This document shows, piece after piece, positions 13,424 through 26,586 of a DNA stretch of 64,000 nucleotides. Origin of the DNA: Octopus sinensis. Lineage: Eukaryota. The notes under the pieces are model-generated. The model was not told the origin of the DNA and did no database searches. It saw nothing but the letters and a program-made list of their open reading frames with translations. The stretch lies in contig NC_043005.1 in the NCBI RefSeq assembly GCF_006345805.1, positions 32,178,001-32,242,000 on the forward strand, written 5' to 3'. Position numbers and translations under genes: made by a program. Position 1 is the stretch's first letter; every line of letters starts with the position of its first letter.

Positions 13424-13620
13424 TATATATATAAATATATATATTTATAAGATTATATATTCTTTAGACACAGAGCTACTCACTGCTGATTGTTGGATTG
13501 TTATACACTCAACTGATGAGACAGGTGTTTGAACTGACTGTGATATGGTAAACTATGTTTTGCTTATTAAAATATTCCTTTTCTAATGTATAAAATTACG
13601 CTATAAAGTCTATAATGAGA
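13145..13620. repeat. Long inverted repeat (arms ~13145-13328 and 13445-13620) around an (AT)n core
   Basis: tctcattatagacttt...aagaatatatcatcttataa is mirrored by ttataagattatatattcttt...aaagtctataatgaga. Confidence 0.9.
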
Positions 13621-14074
13621 TATGCATTGTTGAAGTTTTGTAGTACACTTATTCCAAGAACACATACTTAAATTTTATGTATCTTCCATGAAAAGTGAAT
13701 GTATTTGCACTTTCAAAGGGGCTCTGTCCCTTGTTATAAACCCCATTAGGTGGGGTTAAATAGTATTGTAAGATGGTGAAATTTTGGAAATTGTCTTTAT
13801 TTAGTAGTTATGTTGTTATTTTCATTGAAATAGGAGGTATTTAAAATTTCAGAGGGGGTGTTTGCCCCCTTGAAGCCCCTTATCGCAATGGAAAGTAAAT
13901 TTCATGTAGCTCATCATCTTTCTCATAAAATTTTACATGCGAACACATACTTTATTTTTATGTATCTTCTATTCCCTTTTGTCCTATAGATGTACAAATA
14001 CACAGATGTTGAGCTTTATCATATAAGATGATGATGAGGATGATGATGATGATAATGATGATGATGATGATGAT

Positions 14075-15905
14075 AAGGATCCAAGGGCACCAAGAACCAC
14101 CTAGACAATGAAGAACTGCAAACAGTACCAAAAACACTTGTGCATGGTCTGAATAAGCTTTAAGACAGCTTATGACATGTTGCTGCATTTGTTGTTTCTG
14201 GGAACACTCAGCATGTGTGGAACAGCTTAGAATGTGTGTGCACTGATTAAGAACAGCATGCCTAATTGGAAAACGTCTTTTCTGTAACAACCAGCATTTT
14301 GCTGAGGCAACAATCAAAAGAGGCATCTTCCAGGGAGATTCTTGTTCACCTTTGTTATTTGTTATAGCCTTGATCCCACTATCTATAGTTTTATGCAAAG
14401 TCAATATGTACTATGAGCTGAGAAAGAATGAACCTTGTCTCAACCACCTTCTCTTTGCAGATGATACAAAACTGTTCACATAAACAGAGCCTGAAATAGA
14501 GAGGCTGGTTGAGACTGTGCAGATGTGCAGCAAGGTTATAGGGATGGTATATGGTATCTCAAAGTGTGCAGTGCTCACTTTGAAACAGGGGAAAAGACAA
14601 GATTGTAGGAGCATAGAATTGCCAAACAGAGAGTGAATGGAAGACCTGGATGATGATGACTACAAGTACCTTGAGATCCTGGAGCTGGATAATATCTTGC
14701 AAAGAGAAGTGAAAGACAAGGTCACCACTGCATATTTCAAGTGCCTCAAACTTCTCTTAAAGTCAAAACTCAATGCAAGGAACCTTGTGACTGCCATCAA
14801 CATATGGGCTGTTGCTGTTGTCCACTATAGTGCAGCCATTCTGAAATGGACACGAGTGGAGATTAACCAACTCAGTTGCACTACCTGAAAGACAATGACA
14901 ATGCATGGTGTCCTCCACCCTAAGGCAAATGTACACAGGCTCTACATGAAGAGGAGTAAAGGTGGATGTGGCTAATTGACATACGGGAGTGCATCAGCAG
15001 TAAAGAAGAAACATAGCAGAGTATTTGGTAAACAGCAAACAATACCTGCTACAGTATACTGCTTATGCAGAAGGATTTACCAATAATGAATTTGAGAGTG
15101 CTAATAAATTCCAATCATGACTAGCCAACAAGAGAGAAGAAACTACTCCACATAGAATTACATGGTCAATTCCACTGTGAAACTAACAACTTAAAGACCA
15201 GGAAGCATCATGGAGGTGGCTCAGCAAGGGTGACCTTAAAAAGAGAACTGAAAGTCTAATCCTCACTGCCCAGGATCAGGCATTGAATACCAACTCAGCA
15301 AAAAGGGATATGTACCACACAAGTGCAATGAATTTCTGCAGAATGTGTGGGAAGAGGGTCGAAAGTGTGACTCACATTGTTAGTGCTTGTGAAAGTCTTA
15401 CTCAGAAAGAGTGCAAGCATGGACACAAGGTAGCCCAAAACCTTCACTGGCTACTATGCTGAAAGTATGGATATGAGGTAATGGGTTCTTGGTACCAACA
15501 TACACTAGAAAAGTAATGGATGAAAAGGGGAAAGCAAAGATCCTTTGGGACTTTGACTTCTAGACAAACAAGGTGTTGGAGCACCAAAGGCCACATATAA
15601 TAGCCTTTAGGAGGGACAGACAAGAGTGCCTAATAATCGATATGGCAGATTGTGGGGTTGCAGAAAAAGTAAGGTTGTACCAATTGCCATTGGAGCCTTA
15701 GGAACAACAGGGAAGAGTCTGAAGGAATGGACAGAAAAGATTGGCTTGCAAAAAGATATAGAAGACATGCAACTGGCCTGCTTATTAGGATCGGCGATGA
15801 TCATTCAAAAGTACTTGGATGGTTGAGGTCACAGTTGGTGACTTGTTATCGAAGAGTAAACCCACCTAAATTCCATTATAGGGGTGAGATACAAGAAATT
15901 TTGAA
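14075..15905 (+). mobile_element. Degenerate Dong/R4-type RLE retrotransposon (second family)
   Basis: FQGDSCSPLLFVIAL, HLLFADDTKL, KSKLNARNLVTAINIWAV, VPIAIGALG; many stops; ends at aaataataatt. Confidence 0.85.
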
Positions 15906-17349
15906 ATAAATAATAATTCTATCCTGAATTCATTTTATAGGGAACAAGGAGAAGATTTAGAAGCGTGAATCATATGATGGCTTGATACTGATTGGTTGTT
16001 TAATAGATCTATCATGTGAGACCACTATGGTTTGATTGTGATGCATGACTGGTCACCTAGTGGTTTGGTTTCAAATCACTGCTACAGTATCTTTACTTTG
16101 ATCTTGAGCAGAGCATTGGTTAGTATGTAATAAACAGTCTTAGATATTGACTGGTGTTCCTGAGTAGGTTAATACCTTCTACTGTGGGAAGTTAGTCCTG
16201 CCTTACTGTGAGCTATGAGTCCACAAGAACCACTAACAAAATCATTTGTAGCAGGCTCTCCTCAGGACTTTGCTTTAGATTTGCATGAAGTCACTCATGT
16301 TTCTGTCTACTCACATCCAACCATTTCAAACTAGTGAAACGTTGTTTTCCATTAGTTGCACTTCTCATCAAAGTTTTTCCAGGACTTGAGATCAATATTA
16401 CAATACTTGAAGTTACCTTTAAGCTTATCATCAACTACATATGTGGGAAATTCTGTCTGTGGGTGTGTTTGTGGAGTTGTTAGCAAACTCCTCCTACACC
16501 GTTTCATTGATTTTGATGAAACTTGACACATGAGTAGAATTCATGTCTGGAAACCACATGGCATACTCAGATTGTTGAGAAAAAAAAATCGATAATAGGG
16601 CCCCTGAAAGGGATCCTTATATATATCTAATATATTTTATTTTAAAAACCAAGGGAAATAACCCATTAGCCCATGGAAGGGGTCTTTATATATAGCCAAG
16701 GGAAAAACCCATTCATTTTCTTAAATTATTTGGTAAAAATGAAATTGAGTGTGCTTATTTCTTAGTATTTAAACTGTTAGAGTTATTTTTGAATTTATCA
16801 TAACAATAGATCCACTTATTTTGGTTAGTGACTTATTCATGAATATACCAACACTAGCGTCCCTGAGGGTAATATTCTCTGAGAATGCACAAAGCTCTTT
16901 CCAGGGTTATTTACTTTGAATTATTATCTCGTATCTGATTAGTCTGTTATTATGTAACATGCTTCATGATTTTAGTATACATACCTTATTAGTATTTCAT
17001 CCTATGTTCTATATACTCTGGGAATGCATTAAATCCCTTTTCAGGGCTACTTTATTTTAATTCTTACTATTGGGTAACTAATTTCATTAGTAAATTACTA
17101 TTTTTAAATCTCACAACGAGAGATCTTCAGCAACAGTACTTTGTAGTAAAGATCATTTGTCAGCATAACATGGCAGTCCTGGTTTAGGATGAATGTCTCT
17201 GTAAGTTAGGTGATATTGTCTGCAGCTGGCTATACAACACGATCTGTGTCCTTATATTTTTGAACAAGGGAATCTAGTACCCCCACTCAGCTCAAAACAA
17301 TATCTTTGTATCATAATTTCTGGGTTATTTCTCTTCATCAGCACAGAAT

Positions 17350-20300
17350 AATTGTTCAGCTAGAGGTGAATTTTTTATTATGATAATTATTATCATACAC
17401 AGAGGGGACAAAACAGGACAATACAAACAATTATTGTTATAATGAGTTTGTATGATACTTGATTTAAAAAAAATTTAGTATTTGACTTTTTGGGGGTAAA
17501 ACTTAATGGGCTGAAGAGCCCAGCGACTACACCTTTTCCTTTTCCATGAAGATTAAGCAGGGTCATTTGCACCCACCTTTCTTACCCCAGCCGTCCATCT
17601 TTTGTCAAACACACCTCACAACAGTCGTCTCCTCTCCAGCTCTATCTTGCTCTTCAGTTGATATCTGAAAAAAGTGAGCAATCCAGGGCCAGAGATGAAG
17701 GTTACCATCACGTGTCCTTGCAGTCTAGTCTTCCAAACACACTCTGTCAAAACTGCCAGTGTAAGGAGAAAACATGCCTCATCTTCCTTCAAGAGCCTGG
17801 TGGGCGGCATAATCTGATAGCTGTACTCTGCCTAGGTGTGACAATACACGTTCAACGTAAACTATCAAGCCTGAAAGCTTCTGACAGTGTACAAAAGCAT
17901 GCAGGATAGTTTCATCGTCCAGCCCACATCTTGGACATGTCAGTGGCACTGACATTCTGTTCCTGGATAACTTACTGTGAACAAGTATAGCGTTCCTGTA
18001 GCACTGTCAGGTTAGGGATATTTGGTAATTATCCAAATACCCTGGCCCAAAAGTCTTTTGGAATAGGTTGGTAAGTTGGTTCTCTTTGAACCCCAGAGCC
18101 CCTCCTAGGACATCATTGTTTTTAAACTCTACTAGCCCTCTATACAAAACCGAGGTGGTATTCCCATTGCCGGTCTTACCCGTCTTGTGGATCAGCATGA
18201 GTGCCTGTCAACACTCCTTTTGCCATTCTGTCAGATTGTGTCTTTTAATAAAACTGGGTTTGAATCTCTCCAAAGAGGCTGGTTGCAGGAAGAATTCCTC
18301 TGCCAGCAGATTCCACACCTTGTCCCCCTAAAGATAGCGTCAGAGATGTCTCAGCCTCAATGCATGTTTGTGCATTGTAAGCCAGGGCATCCCTAACCCA
18401 CCCCTTAGCAGTTCCTGGCAGCAGATGGAATGCCTTACAAGTAGCTTTCCTCCCTTCCACAAAAAGTGGAAAAGGAAGCGCTCCAACTCGTTTGGCCACG
18501 AGTGGGGGCAAGGGACAACGGTTAGGCAGTAGGTAATTACAGATGCAATAAACACCTGTACCACCTCCACCCTTCCTTTCAGGGATAGAACCCGTCCAGA
18601 CCAAGTCCGAACCAGAGCTTCCACTCTGTCTGCCACCTCACTCCAATTCTTCTCCGTTTGGGGGTCCGGTCCAAACCAAACTCCAAGCCACTTAACAGGA
18701 CCATCTATCTAATGACCCATAACACTGGATGATACCGGCTTGCTCCTCCAGGTGCCGAGGCGCAAGCCGATGGACTTGTCCTTGTTAACTTCTGCTTCCC
18801 CACCACTACGTATCCTTTGATGATGTCCTCTACACTAGGTAGCTGAGCCTCATTGGACATGATAAAGGTGACGTCATCCGCATAAGCAGAGACCGACTTA
18901 CCGCATCCGATTTCCTTGGGAGTACGTCCCAAATTCTCCAACTTCCTCAGAAAAGGCTCAAGAGCCAAAACATACAGAAGCAGGGACAGGGGACACCCTT
19001 GACAAACTGAGCACTTGATCGAAAACAGCTCCGACAAGTAGCCGTTTATCTGAATGGTGGAATGGATGCTGCTATACATTGCAGAGATCCACCTACAGAA
19101 GTCCAGGCCCAGCCCAGCCGCTTTGAGAATCTCTGCCAGGTACTGATGGTCTACCCTATCAAATGCTTTACTTTGGTCTAAATGAACCAGTGCCCCACTT
19201 TTGCTGGTAAATTTACCCCCACTGTCTAAGGTGTAGCGTATAAGGTGAAGATTGTCCTGGATCAACCTGCCTGGAATGGTGCATGTCTGCGCCTTCTCTG
19301 CAAGCTTATCCATGATATGCATCAACCTTTTTGCTAACACCTTGGCCAAAATCTTTAACTCTACATTGAGTAGAGTTATGGGCCTGTAATTACTTATACT
19401 GTCCCCCTTGCTTGGATCCTTCTGGATCAGCGTCACCGCTCCCCGACTCACAGAGCTGGGAATCCTCCCATTCTGTTGCCAGTTTGTGTAGACACCTGCC
19501 AGCAGGTCCCTGAACAAGTCCAGCATACTACGATAAGACTCATAGGGTAGACCATCCAGTCCTGGCAACTTGTCCCCAGCACACTCTGCAATACCTCTTT
19601 TACATCCGCAGGTGTAATTGGTCCTTCACAGCATTCTGCCTCATGTGCTGAGAGTTGTGGCCCACCGGCAAGGAAGCCCTTTAGGGACTCCCCACACTCG
19701 AGCTCATCACTCTGCCCAAACAACTGGGTGAAATGCTAGTGAAAGGCCTTCTGCATCTTTTCCTGTCCATCGATCTTGTGCCCCTGTTCATCAGTTAAAG
19801 ACTTTATAGAGGGTTTTTTGCCCCTCTGACACTCTATACAACGGGCCCATCCGGTAATGTTAATACCTTCTCGACCCACTGCACATAGCTTAGCTCTAAC
19901 TCTACAGCCTTCGTGTTTGGCTTTGAGGTGAAGGTACAAGATTGTTCTCACTGCCAGCACTCTGTCTGCAGAGCCAGATTCCAAAGCCTCGTCTAAATTC
20001 TTAACTAGTTCCCTTTCTATTCTAGATCTATCTAAACTTAGCTGGTTGCTAAATCTAATGGACTCTAAATGGATGGCTCTCTTGAGGACATGCCACCATC
20101 TATTATTAATGATCGCGCCACATAATGCCCTCTGTACCAATTCCTTAATCCAGGTACGGAAGGCTCGACAAGTCAAAATAGACTTGTTCATCTTCCAGTA
20201 CCCGGGTCCCTGTCTATGACATTTATCTATATGTACCTCACACATCTCAAATTTGTGATCTGTGTAAAGCACAATACAAAATTGAGGACAGTTAAAGGTA

Positions 20301-22400
20301 TCCCTATCTCTTTCTCTAACAAATACCCTATCTATATAACATCTGCATGAGCTATTGTTATTACTCCATGTCCACTGTGGAACGCTCTGCTCATCCAGTC
20401 TGTAATGATCTACTACATTATAGCTCTCGAGTAGGCCCTTGAGGCCAGGATTTCCCCTCCTATCAGTCGAGCCAACACTATCCACCCATACATCGAGTAT
20501 AGTGTTAAACTCTCCTAACAGAACTACCATTTTTGATGTCACTAGAAAGTGCTCTAGTTCTCAACAAAAACCAGACTGCCTACGCTCCTCAGAAGGACTG
20601 TTTACTCTCGTGGGTCACATCTAGGACAACCAGCCTACCTTCTGGGTCCAGAAAGACTGTACTTATCTGTAAGTCCAAGGTCTTTCTGAGTAGAACCACC
20701 ATGCCCCCCTCCTCCTCGTTGGCTAGGAGAAACAAATTTCTCATAGCCATTTAGAATAGGCGAGAATGCTTGTAGTCCACTCATCTTGGACTCAATTACA
20801 ATGCATACATCTATATCTCGTGACCTGAGATCATTCAGGAGACAAGCTTGCTTCCAATTCGACCCCAACCCACGCATAATGAAATTTTATCGAAAGGAAT
20901 TACCTACAATTTAAGTTGGTGAGGTAGGGGCTGCACAAATCTGCCTGCCTCCCCATCCTTTTCTTTTGCTGGTATCACTGTTGGTGTGGCTGCTGGGCTT
21001 ATGTCACTTCTGTGCTGACATCTTGCACATCTTCCGGGTGATGTGCTATCAACTCTTTCCACAGGCCTTTGTCCATTAATGCAAAACTAATGCCTGCTGA
21101 TGTGTCTTTTGTTCTTTTATATACATGTGCCTTGTAGTGTGAGCTAATGTATTTAGACATCGGTTCATTTCTCCCTCTAGAGGCCATTGTTTTTCACGTT
21201 TTTTTTTGGGGGGGGATAAATGACTTTACCATGGGGTTGGGTTGGGGAGTTTCGCTGTGTCTGTTGCATGCTTTGCTGATTTTTTTGATTGGGGAGGGGA
21301 GTCAGGGACATGTGTCTATTTTCGTTTATGCGTGACTGTGGTAAGCTCCATTTCTTCGGTTGTTTCTTTCTTTTTCTCAGCTACTTTTTCTTCCTTCTTC
21401 TCTGACGCATTCTCCAGCTTGTCCGTCTTTTCCTTCACTTCCCTTGCAGCTTTTTGGGGAGGAGCCTCATTCTCTTTTTTCTTTTTCGTGCACTTGTAGC
21501 GAACGTGGCCCTTTTCTCCACACTTGAAGCATCTGGGCCTACGTTCCTCCCCGACCACTCGCAATGATAGCCTCTCCCCTACAAATACCCTATTGGGCAA
21601 ATTTTCCAGGGTCTCATTCACCACTTGAACTACCATTTCTAATGTCTGGCCTTTCCAGTTTATGGCGGCCTTCTTTTCCATCAGCAAGATGGACACCTCT
21701 TCTACATCATAAATCACTGCTGCTGCTACCCACATAACTTCATATCATGCTGGAATTTCTTCCACTGTAATTTTTGCAGTTCTGTGTCTCAAGTATGTGG
21801 GTAGCAACATTATCTCCTCATTCTTTAGTGTCTTTGTTGACACCTTGGCTACATCAGCCGTTTGGAACTGTGCTTCGACAGTAGCGCTTCACGTTCCATG
21901 GCCAACGTAGCATACCTGATTCCATATTGGTGCCATGCACCTCTCCACCACTTCATTCTTGGCATCCATAATCCTCTTTTTTCCTTCAGGTTGTAGATTT
22001 TGTATACTACTGTTCTAGCATTGATTGCTTGTACCATTTCAGGAGGCGGCAACAGTTTAGTGTTGCTGCCACTTTTTTTAATTAAATTCTGGAACTGGAA
22101 TAGTTGTTCCATTTTTACCTCCAACTCGGTCACGTTACCCCTCACTGCGGCCAAAAAACTTGGCTTTTCCTGTGTCTTCTCGTTATTACTTTTTGAACCT
22201 TTTCCCATCTCAGGAAAATCTTTTTGGGATTCAGTGTTTAATTCCATCACAAAAACTTTTTAAAATCTTTGTTACAAATGACAAATTCACAAAAAGAAAC
22301 CCAGTAATGGGTAAAACAAACAGTCCAATAATAAGTTTTTTCAAAATAATAATCCAACAGAATTTTCTGCCCCGTAGGGGGAAAATTACTGTTTCTTGAA
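17350..22400 (-). mobile_element. Near full-length degenerate Tx1/L1-clade LINE (ORF1 zinc knuckle; ORF2 APE-RT)
   Basis: ORF1 CFKCGEKGHVRYKC. APE motifs ..DVCIVIESK and GEFNTILD. RT motifs PGLDGLPYE, NYRPITLLNVELKILAK, LDQSKAFDRVDH, QGCPLS, AYADD. C-terminal CPRCG zinc finger. Confidence 0.92.
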
Positions 22401-22517
22401 GTACAACAGTTCAAGTAAAAGGATTTCAAAGTACAACACAGAAAAATGATGTAGAAAAACACACAGGAACGAACTCACATAACATTTGGTAACAAAATGT
22501 AACTCACGAAGCAAAAG

Positions 22518-23410
22518 ATTGTTCGGCTAGAAGTAAATTCTTTATTACGATTATAAAAATAAATATATAGATAGGACACTACAGGACAAAAACAATTACA
22601 AAAACGTTATGCAGTTCAAATGAGAATTAAAAATTTTGAATATATATATAAAACTAGACTTTTAATGTATCCTTTTTTTTTTAACATTTAAAAAAAAAAA
22701 AATTTAATCAACAAGTAAAAACACCTATCTGGCTGCCTGAAAGACCCAGCAACTATTTTTTCCTTTTCATCGATGATCAAGCTGGGTTACTAACACCCAC
22801 CTTTCTCATCACATCCTTCCAATGTTTCTCATACTCTCTCTGTGGCAGGGTCTTCCTCTCTAACGCCATCTTGCGCTTCAGATGGTATCTGAAGTAAGTT
22901 AACGAACTGGGGCCAGAGACGAAGGACCCTGTCACGAAACCTTCCATTCTGGTTTTCCACACAGACTCTTTCAATACTGCCATTGTACAGTAAAAAAAAG
23001 CCTCACCTTCCTTTGAGAGTCCAGTTGGTGGTATCATCTTTATTATAGATCCAGCTGACAGCTGTGACAACACGTGTTCTATGTAATTTATCAAGCTTGA
23101 CAGCTCCCAACAATGTAAAAAAGCATGCTGGATGGTTTCATCGTCCAGCCCACATCTTGGACACATCGGTGGCACTGACATTCCATGCCAAGATAACTTA
23201 CTGTGAACAGGTAAAGTATTCCTATAGCACTGCCAGGTAAGGGATCTTTGGTAGTTGTACCCTGGCCTGAAAGTCTTCTTAAACAGGTTGGTGAGTTGGT
23301 TCTCATTGAGCACCAGAGCCCCTCCTAGGACGTCATCATTTTTTGCCTCTACCAGCCCTCTATAGAACACCGATGTGGTATTCTCGCTGCCCGTCTTGTG
23401 GACCAGCATT
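22518..23410 (-). mobile_element. 3' fragment of a second, related Tx1 element (open 210-aa ORF2 end)
   Basis: ORF 22777-23409 with CPRCGLDDETIQHAFLHC parallels the end of the 17350-22400 element; similar 3'UTR. Confidence 0.88.
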
Positions 23411-24520
23411 GCCGGGTCTAGTGCTAGTGCTTGTTGTTCGTTGCCGGGTCACAGTAAAAATTTCTCACTAAATCAAGAGCTAAGTTTGTTATCACATTTC
23501 AGTCCGGGCCAGTTTTGTTGTTTATGAGCTAGTTGGAGCTTTTTATGAGAGTAATTAATATTCATTGGACTTCAGTTTTCACACCTGGAATGGCATAATC
23601 ATGGAAAATTAGCGGGACTGTGCACATGCCATTAGTTGGAAAAAAAGGAGGCAGAAGAATGCGAAAAACTCAAATTTGGCTGCAAAATAGCATTATTTTG
23701 AAAATACACATAAATCTCATTTGTTGAGTTTTGGTTTCACACCCAACCCAGTTCTGCACAATCAGTGTCACAACGGGAACATATGGGTTGGGAGTTTGAC
23801 TGGCAGAGGTGATCAAGTTGCACATGCCAGCCCTTTTGACACCAACCTGCCTTACCTAACCCCCTCGTCCTATGAGTGAATAGCAATAGTGGGAAGAAAA
23901 TTGCTGATTCCGGCAAAAAGGCAGAGCAATTAGAGCACAAAAAACAGCATTCAAAGTGATTTTATTAGTATGATGCATTGAAGCAAGTAACGCAGTAAGG
24001 TCAATAGTTATAAGTTCATGATGCATAGAAGCACGTAAGACATCAAGGTTAAGTAAGGTATAAATAATAGTTATGCCTTTTTGCCGGAAGGCTAATTGGG
24101 CTTCTGATCCACTGAAATGGAGGAGGTTAGGTTTGGAACATTAAGCCTTCAACTAAAACCTAGACTAACCTTATGGAAGGGGGCCCGGGAGCCTCTAATA
24201 GCTTCTAATCCCGATCTATCACTAGCCATCCTAGGGGTTCTAAATGACATGACCGTAGAGGAAATTGGCTGTGGAGATGTGCATGGCAGTTTTGTTTCAG
24301 AGGAGGACGACTGCATTGGATTAAGGACCATTGAAAAATGTAGCTTTGCAGGACCTCGTTTGGCTCTGCCTGGATTTGAAACCAAACTGACCCATTTGTT
24401 GCTTGCAAAGACAGTGGGAAATTTCTTTACCATGTCAAGAGGGAATAGTGATTGATGTCTTTCCACTTGATACGTGACGTTGCTGAGGTGGATGTCAACA
24501 CAGAAAATATTGACTTTCAT
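23410..24520 (-). mobile_element. Possible Gypsy LTR-retrotransposon pol C-terminus and LTR remnant
   Basis: HLSNVTYQV..LDMVKKF resembles the post-integrase LSDVTY..HVNMLK motif. A purine tract then TG..CA could mark an LTR. Weak. Confidence 0.35.
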
Positions 24521-24534
24521 AAAGTGGAAAAAAT

Positions 24535-24925
24535 AAATGGAAGGAAAACAGCAAAATGTGGAACCTGAAGACTAAAACAATACCTGTTGTCATAGGTGCC
24601 CTGGGAATGATAGCAAAAGGGGCTGATTGCTACCTAGCTCAGATACCAGGAAACCTCAAAATGCAGAAATTCAAAAGATAGTGCTCATGGAAACTGCCCA
24701 TATCATACGCAAAATGCTTTCTATGTTATCTCAAGTTTTAAAACAAACACATAATTTTCTTATGGTTTCTTAAACATTCTCTAGAACAACACTATGTACA
24801 AAACCAAATATATGGCACCCTAGGCATAACACCAACATGAACTTCCAACTTGTTGTCTCTTGAGGTCTCTGGGTGAGACTTGGAGCCAACTTGTACAAAT
24901 GTAAAGCAAAAGTCAAACATAACAT
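24535..24925 (+). mobile_element. Short 3' fragment of a third Dong/R4-type element ending in (AAT)n
   Basis: MWNLKTKTIPVVIGALGMI..IPG..EIQKIVLM.TAHI matches the RLE end of 7246-8616; followed by ~17 AAT units. Confidence 0.8.
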
Positions 24926-24935
24926 AATAATAATG

Positions 24936-24979
<44 letters not shown>

Positions 24980-24980
<1 letters not shown>

Positions 24981-25543
24981 TGCCCTGATGCAGTACCAGA
25001 CTGTGGCTCTCATGGCTTCTGATCTGAACTGATTGAAAGTGTTATCATGTACATTGTTTTGTCTTGGTATAAAAGATGGACTACTGCAAATATTCTGCTC
25101 AATACCACAGATTTGCTTGTCAGTTGTTTGACCTTAACCAGTTGACTATGTCTCTTAGTGCTGATGATATGTGCATCTCTGATCATGAGCAGAAGTAGTG
25201 GGGGAGCATCATAGCCATGTGTTGAAAGGAATTCTTAGAGGTTCGGATAATTCACCTTTGGAATCATGGTGGTTCATTCAACATCCTTAAACAATCCTTA
25301 TTCAGGGACCTTTTGAGCAGGATGGGCTACTCAACCAGAAGAAAATTCTAACTGGGCCCCACCTGCAAGGTCATGTGCTGTTTATCTTGATATGAGATCA
25401 CCATGTCGTGCACATATTGTTGTGATGCATGTGCCTGGTGTACCTTTATCAGACAGGTAGTCATGATGGGTATACTGGGCTTAATATATTCTACCCCAGT
25501 GTCACTTTGATGGCATGCAATGCTCTCTCACTCAATAATAATA
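24980..25543 (+). mobile_element. Non-coding ~560 bp repeat-like segment embedded in (AAT)n
   Basis: Bounded by AAT repeats on both sides; no ORF. Interspersed-repeat status is inferred. Confidence 0.5.
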
Positions 25544-26586
25544 ATAACCTTAAAGCTTGAACATACAAAAGTCATAAGGTGAAATAGATAGCAGTAGTTC
25601 TGGAAGGAGAATAGATCATAAAGTAAGGGAAAGATGTGTCAGATGTAGCAGTAATAGAGGGAGATGTGTGAGTAGATAAGGATGTGTATAGTGAGAATGT
25701 ATGATTGTGGATATGAGAGAGTGTTGAGAATGATAGCAAGTATGTGAAGGGATAAGATGGAGTATAGAAGAGGGGAGAGCTATCTGGAGGCACAGAAAGG
25801 TGCTTGGTCAGAATACTGTTGAAAAAAAATGTGAAGATAATAAGGAATGGGAGGAGGAATACTCTAATATTTGATATTCTTACATTCTATTTAACTCTGT
25901 TTTACTTTTAATCTATATAATCACCAAACTTATATACCTAATTGATTCTTCAATATTATTTCTTCTGTTAATAATTAATATATGACTTAGAATGTCATTG
26001 ACATCCCTTCAAACACTCCATGAAGTAATAACAAGAAATTCTGTAAAATCCACATTTCTTGTTTTAATGTTTCTTTCTCTTTTCGACTTGTCAGTGCTTT
26101 CCCACTTCAAGTATTGACTAAACACTAATGAATCTTTTCTTTTATCTTGACTCTTATACATATTTTAAACACTAACTTGTTTCTTTCCACTCATGGTTTG
26201 TCATCAACAATTACTTCTTTATTTATTTTCTTCACCTACTTAACAAGAATTTATAACTAAAATCTTTATCCATTTTAATCATTCAGCGTAACAGTTTCAG
26301 AAAAAGCAGGTGAACCAATTTAACATTGCTACCTGTTTTACTAAAACCTCTTCCGTGTCTATAGATACCAAGGGAGATAAATCTGTTGAGTTCCCTTGAA
26401 CTATAGCGCTGAATGGAGGCTCAATGATTTCCGCTATGAAAGAAAATGGAAAAAAATTTAATCACGTTAATAGTATTTATCAAAAAAACATAGTTAATGA
26501 AAATAAAATAAAATTAAAAATGAAAAATCTCTTTAAAATATAATGTTTTATATTATGTAATATTTTGAGTCATTGACTCCGTAATA

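Noticed and set aside
17359-17370. GCTAGAGGTGAA match to 18S rRNA as the Tx1 target
   Set aside because: Only ~12 nt, not conserved in the second copy, no flanking rRNA similarity.
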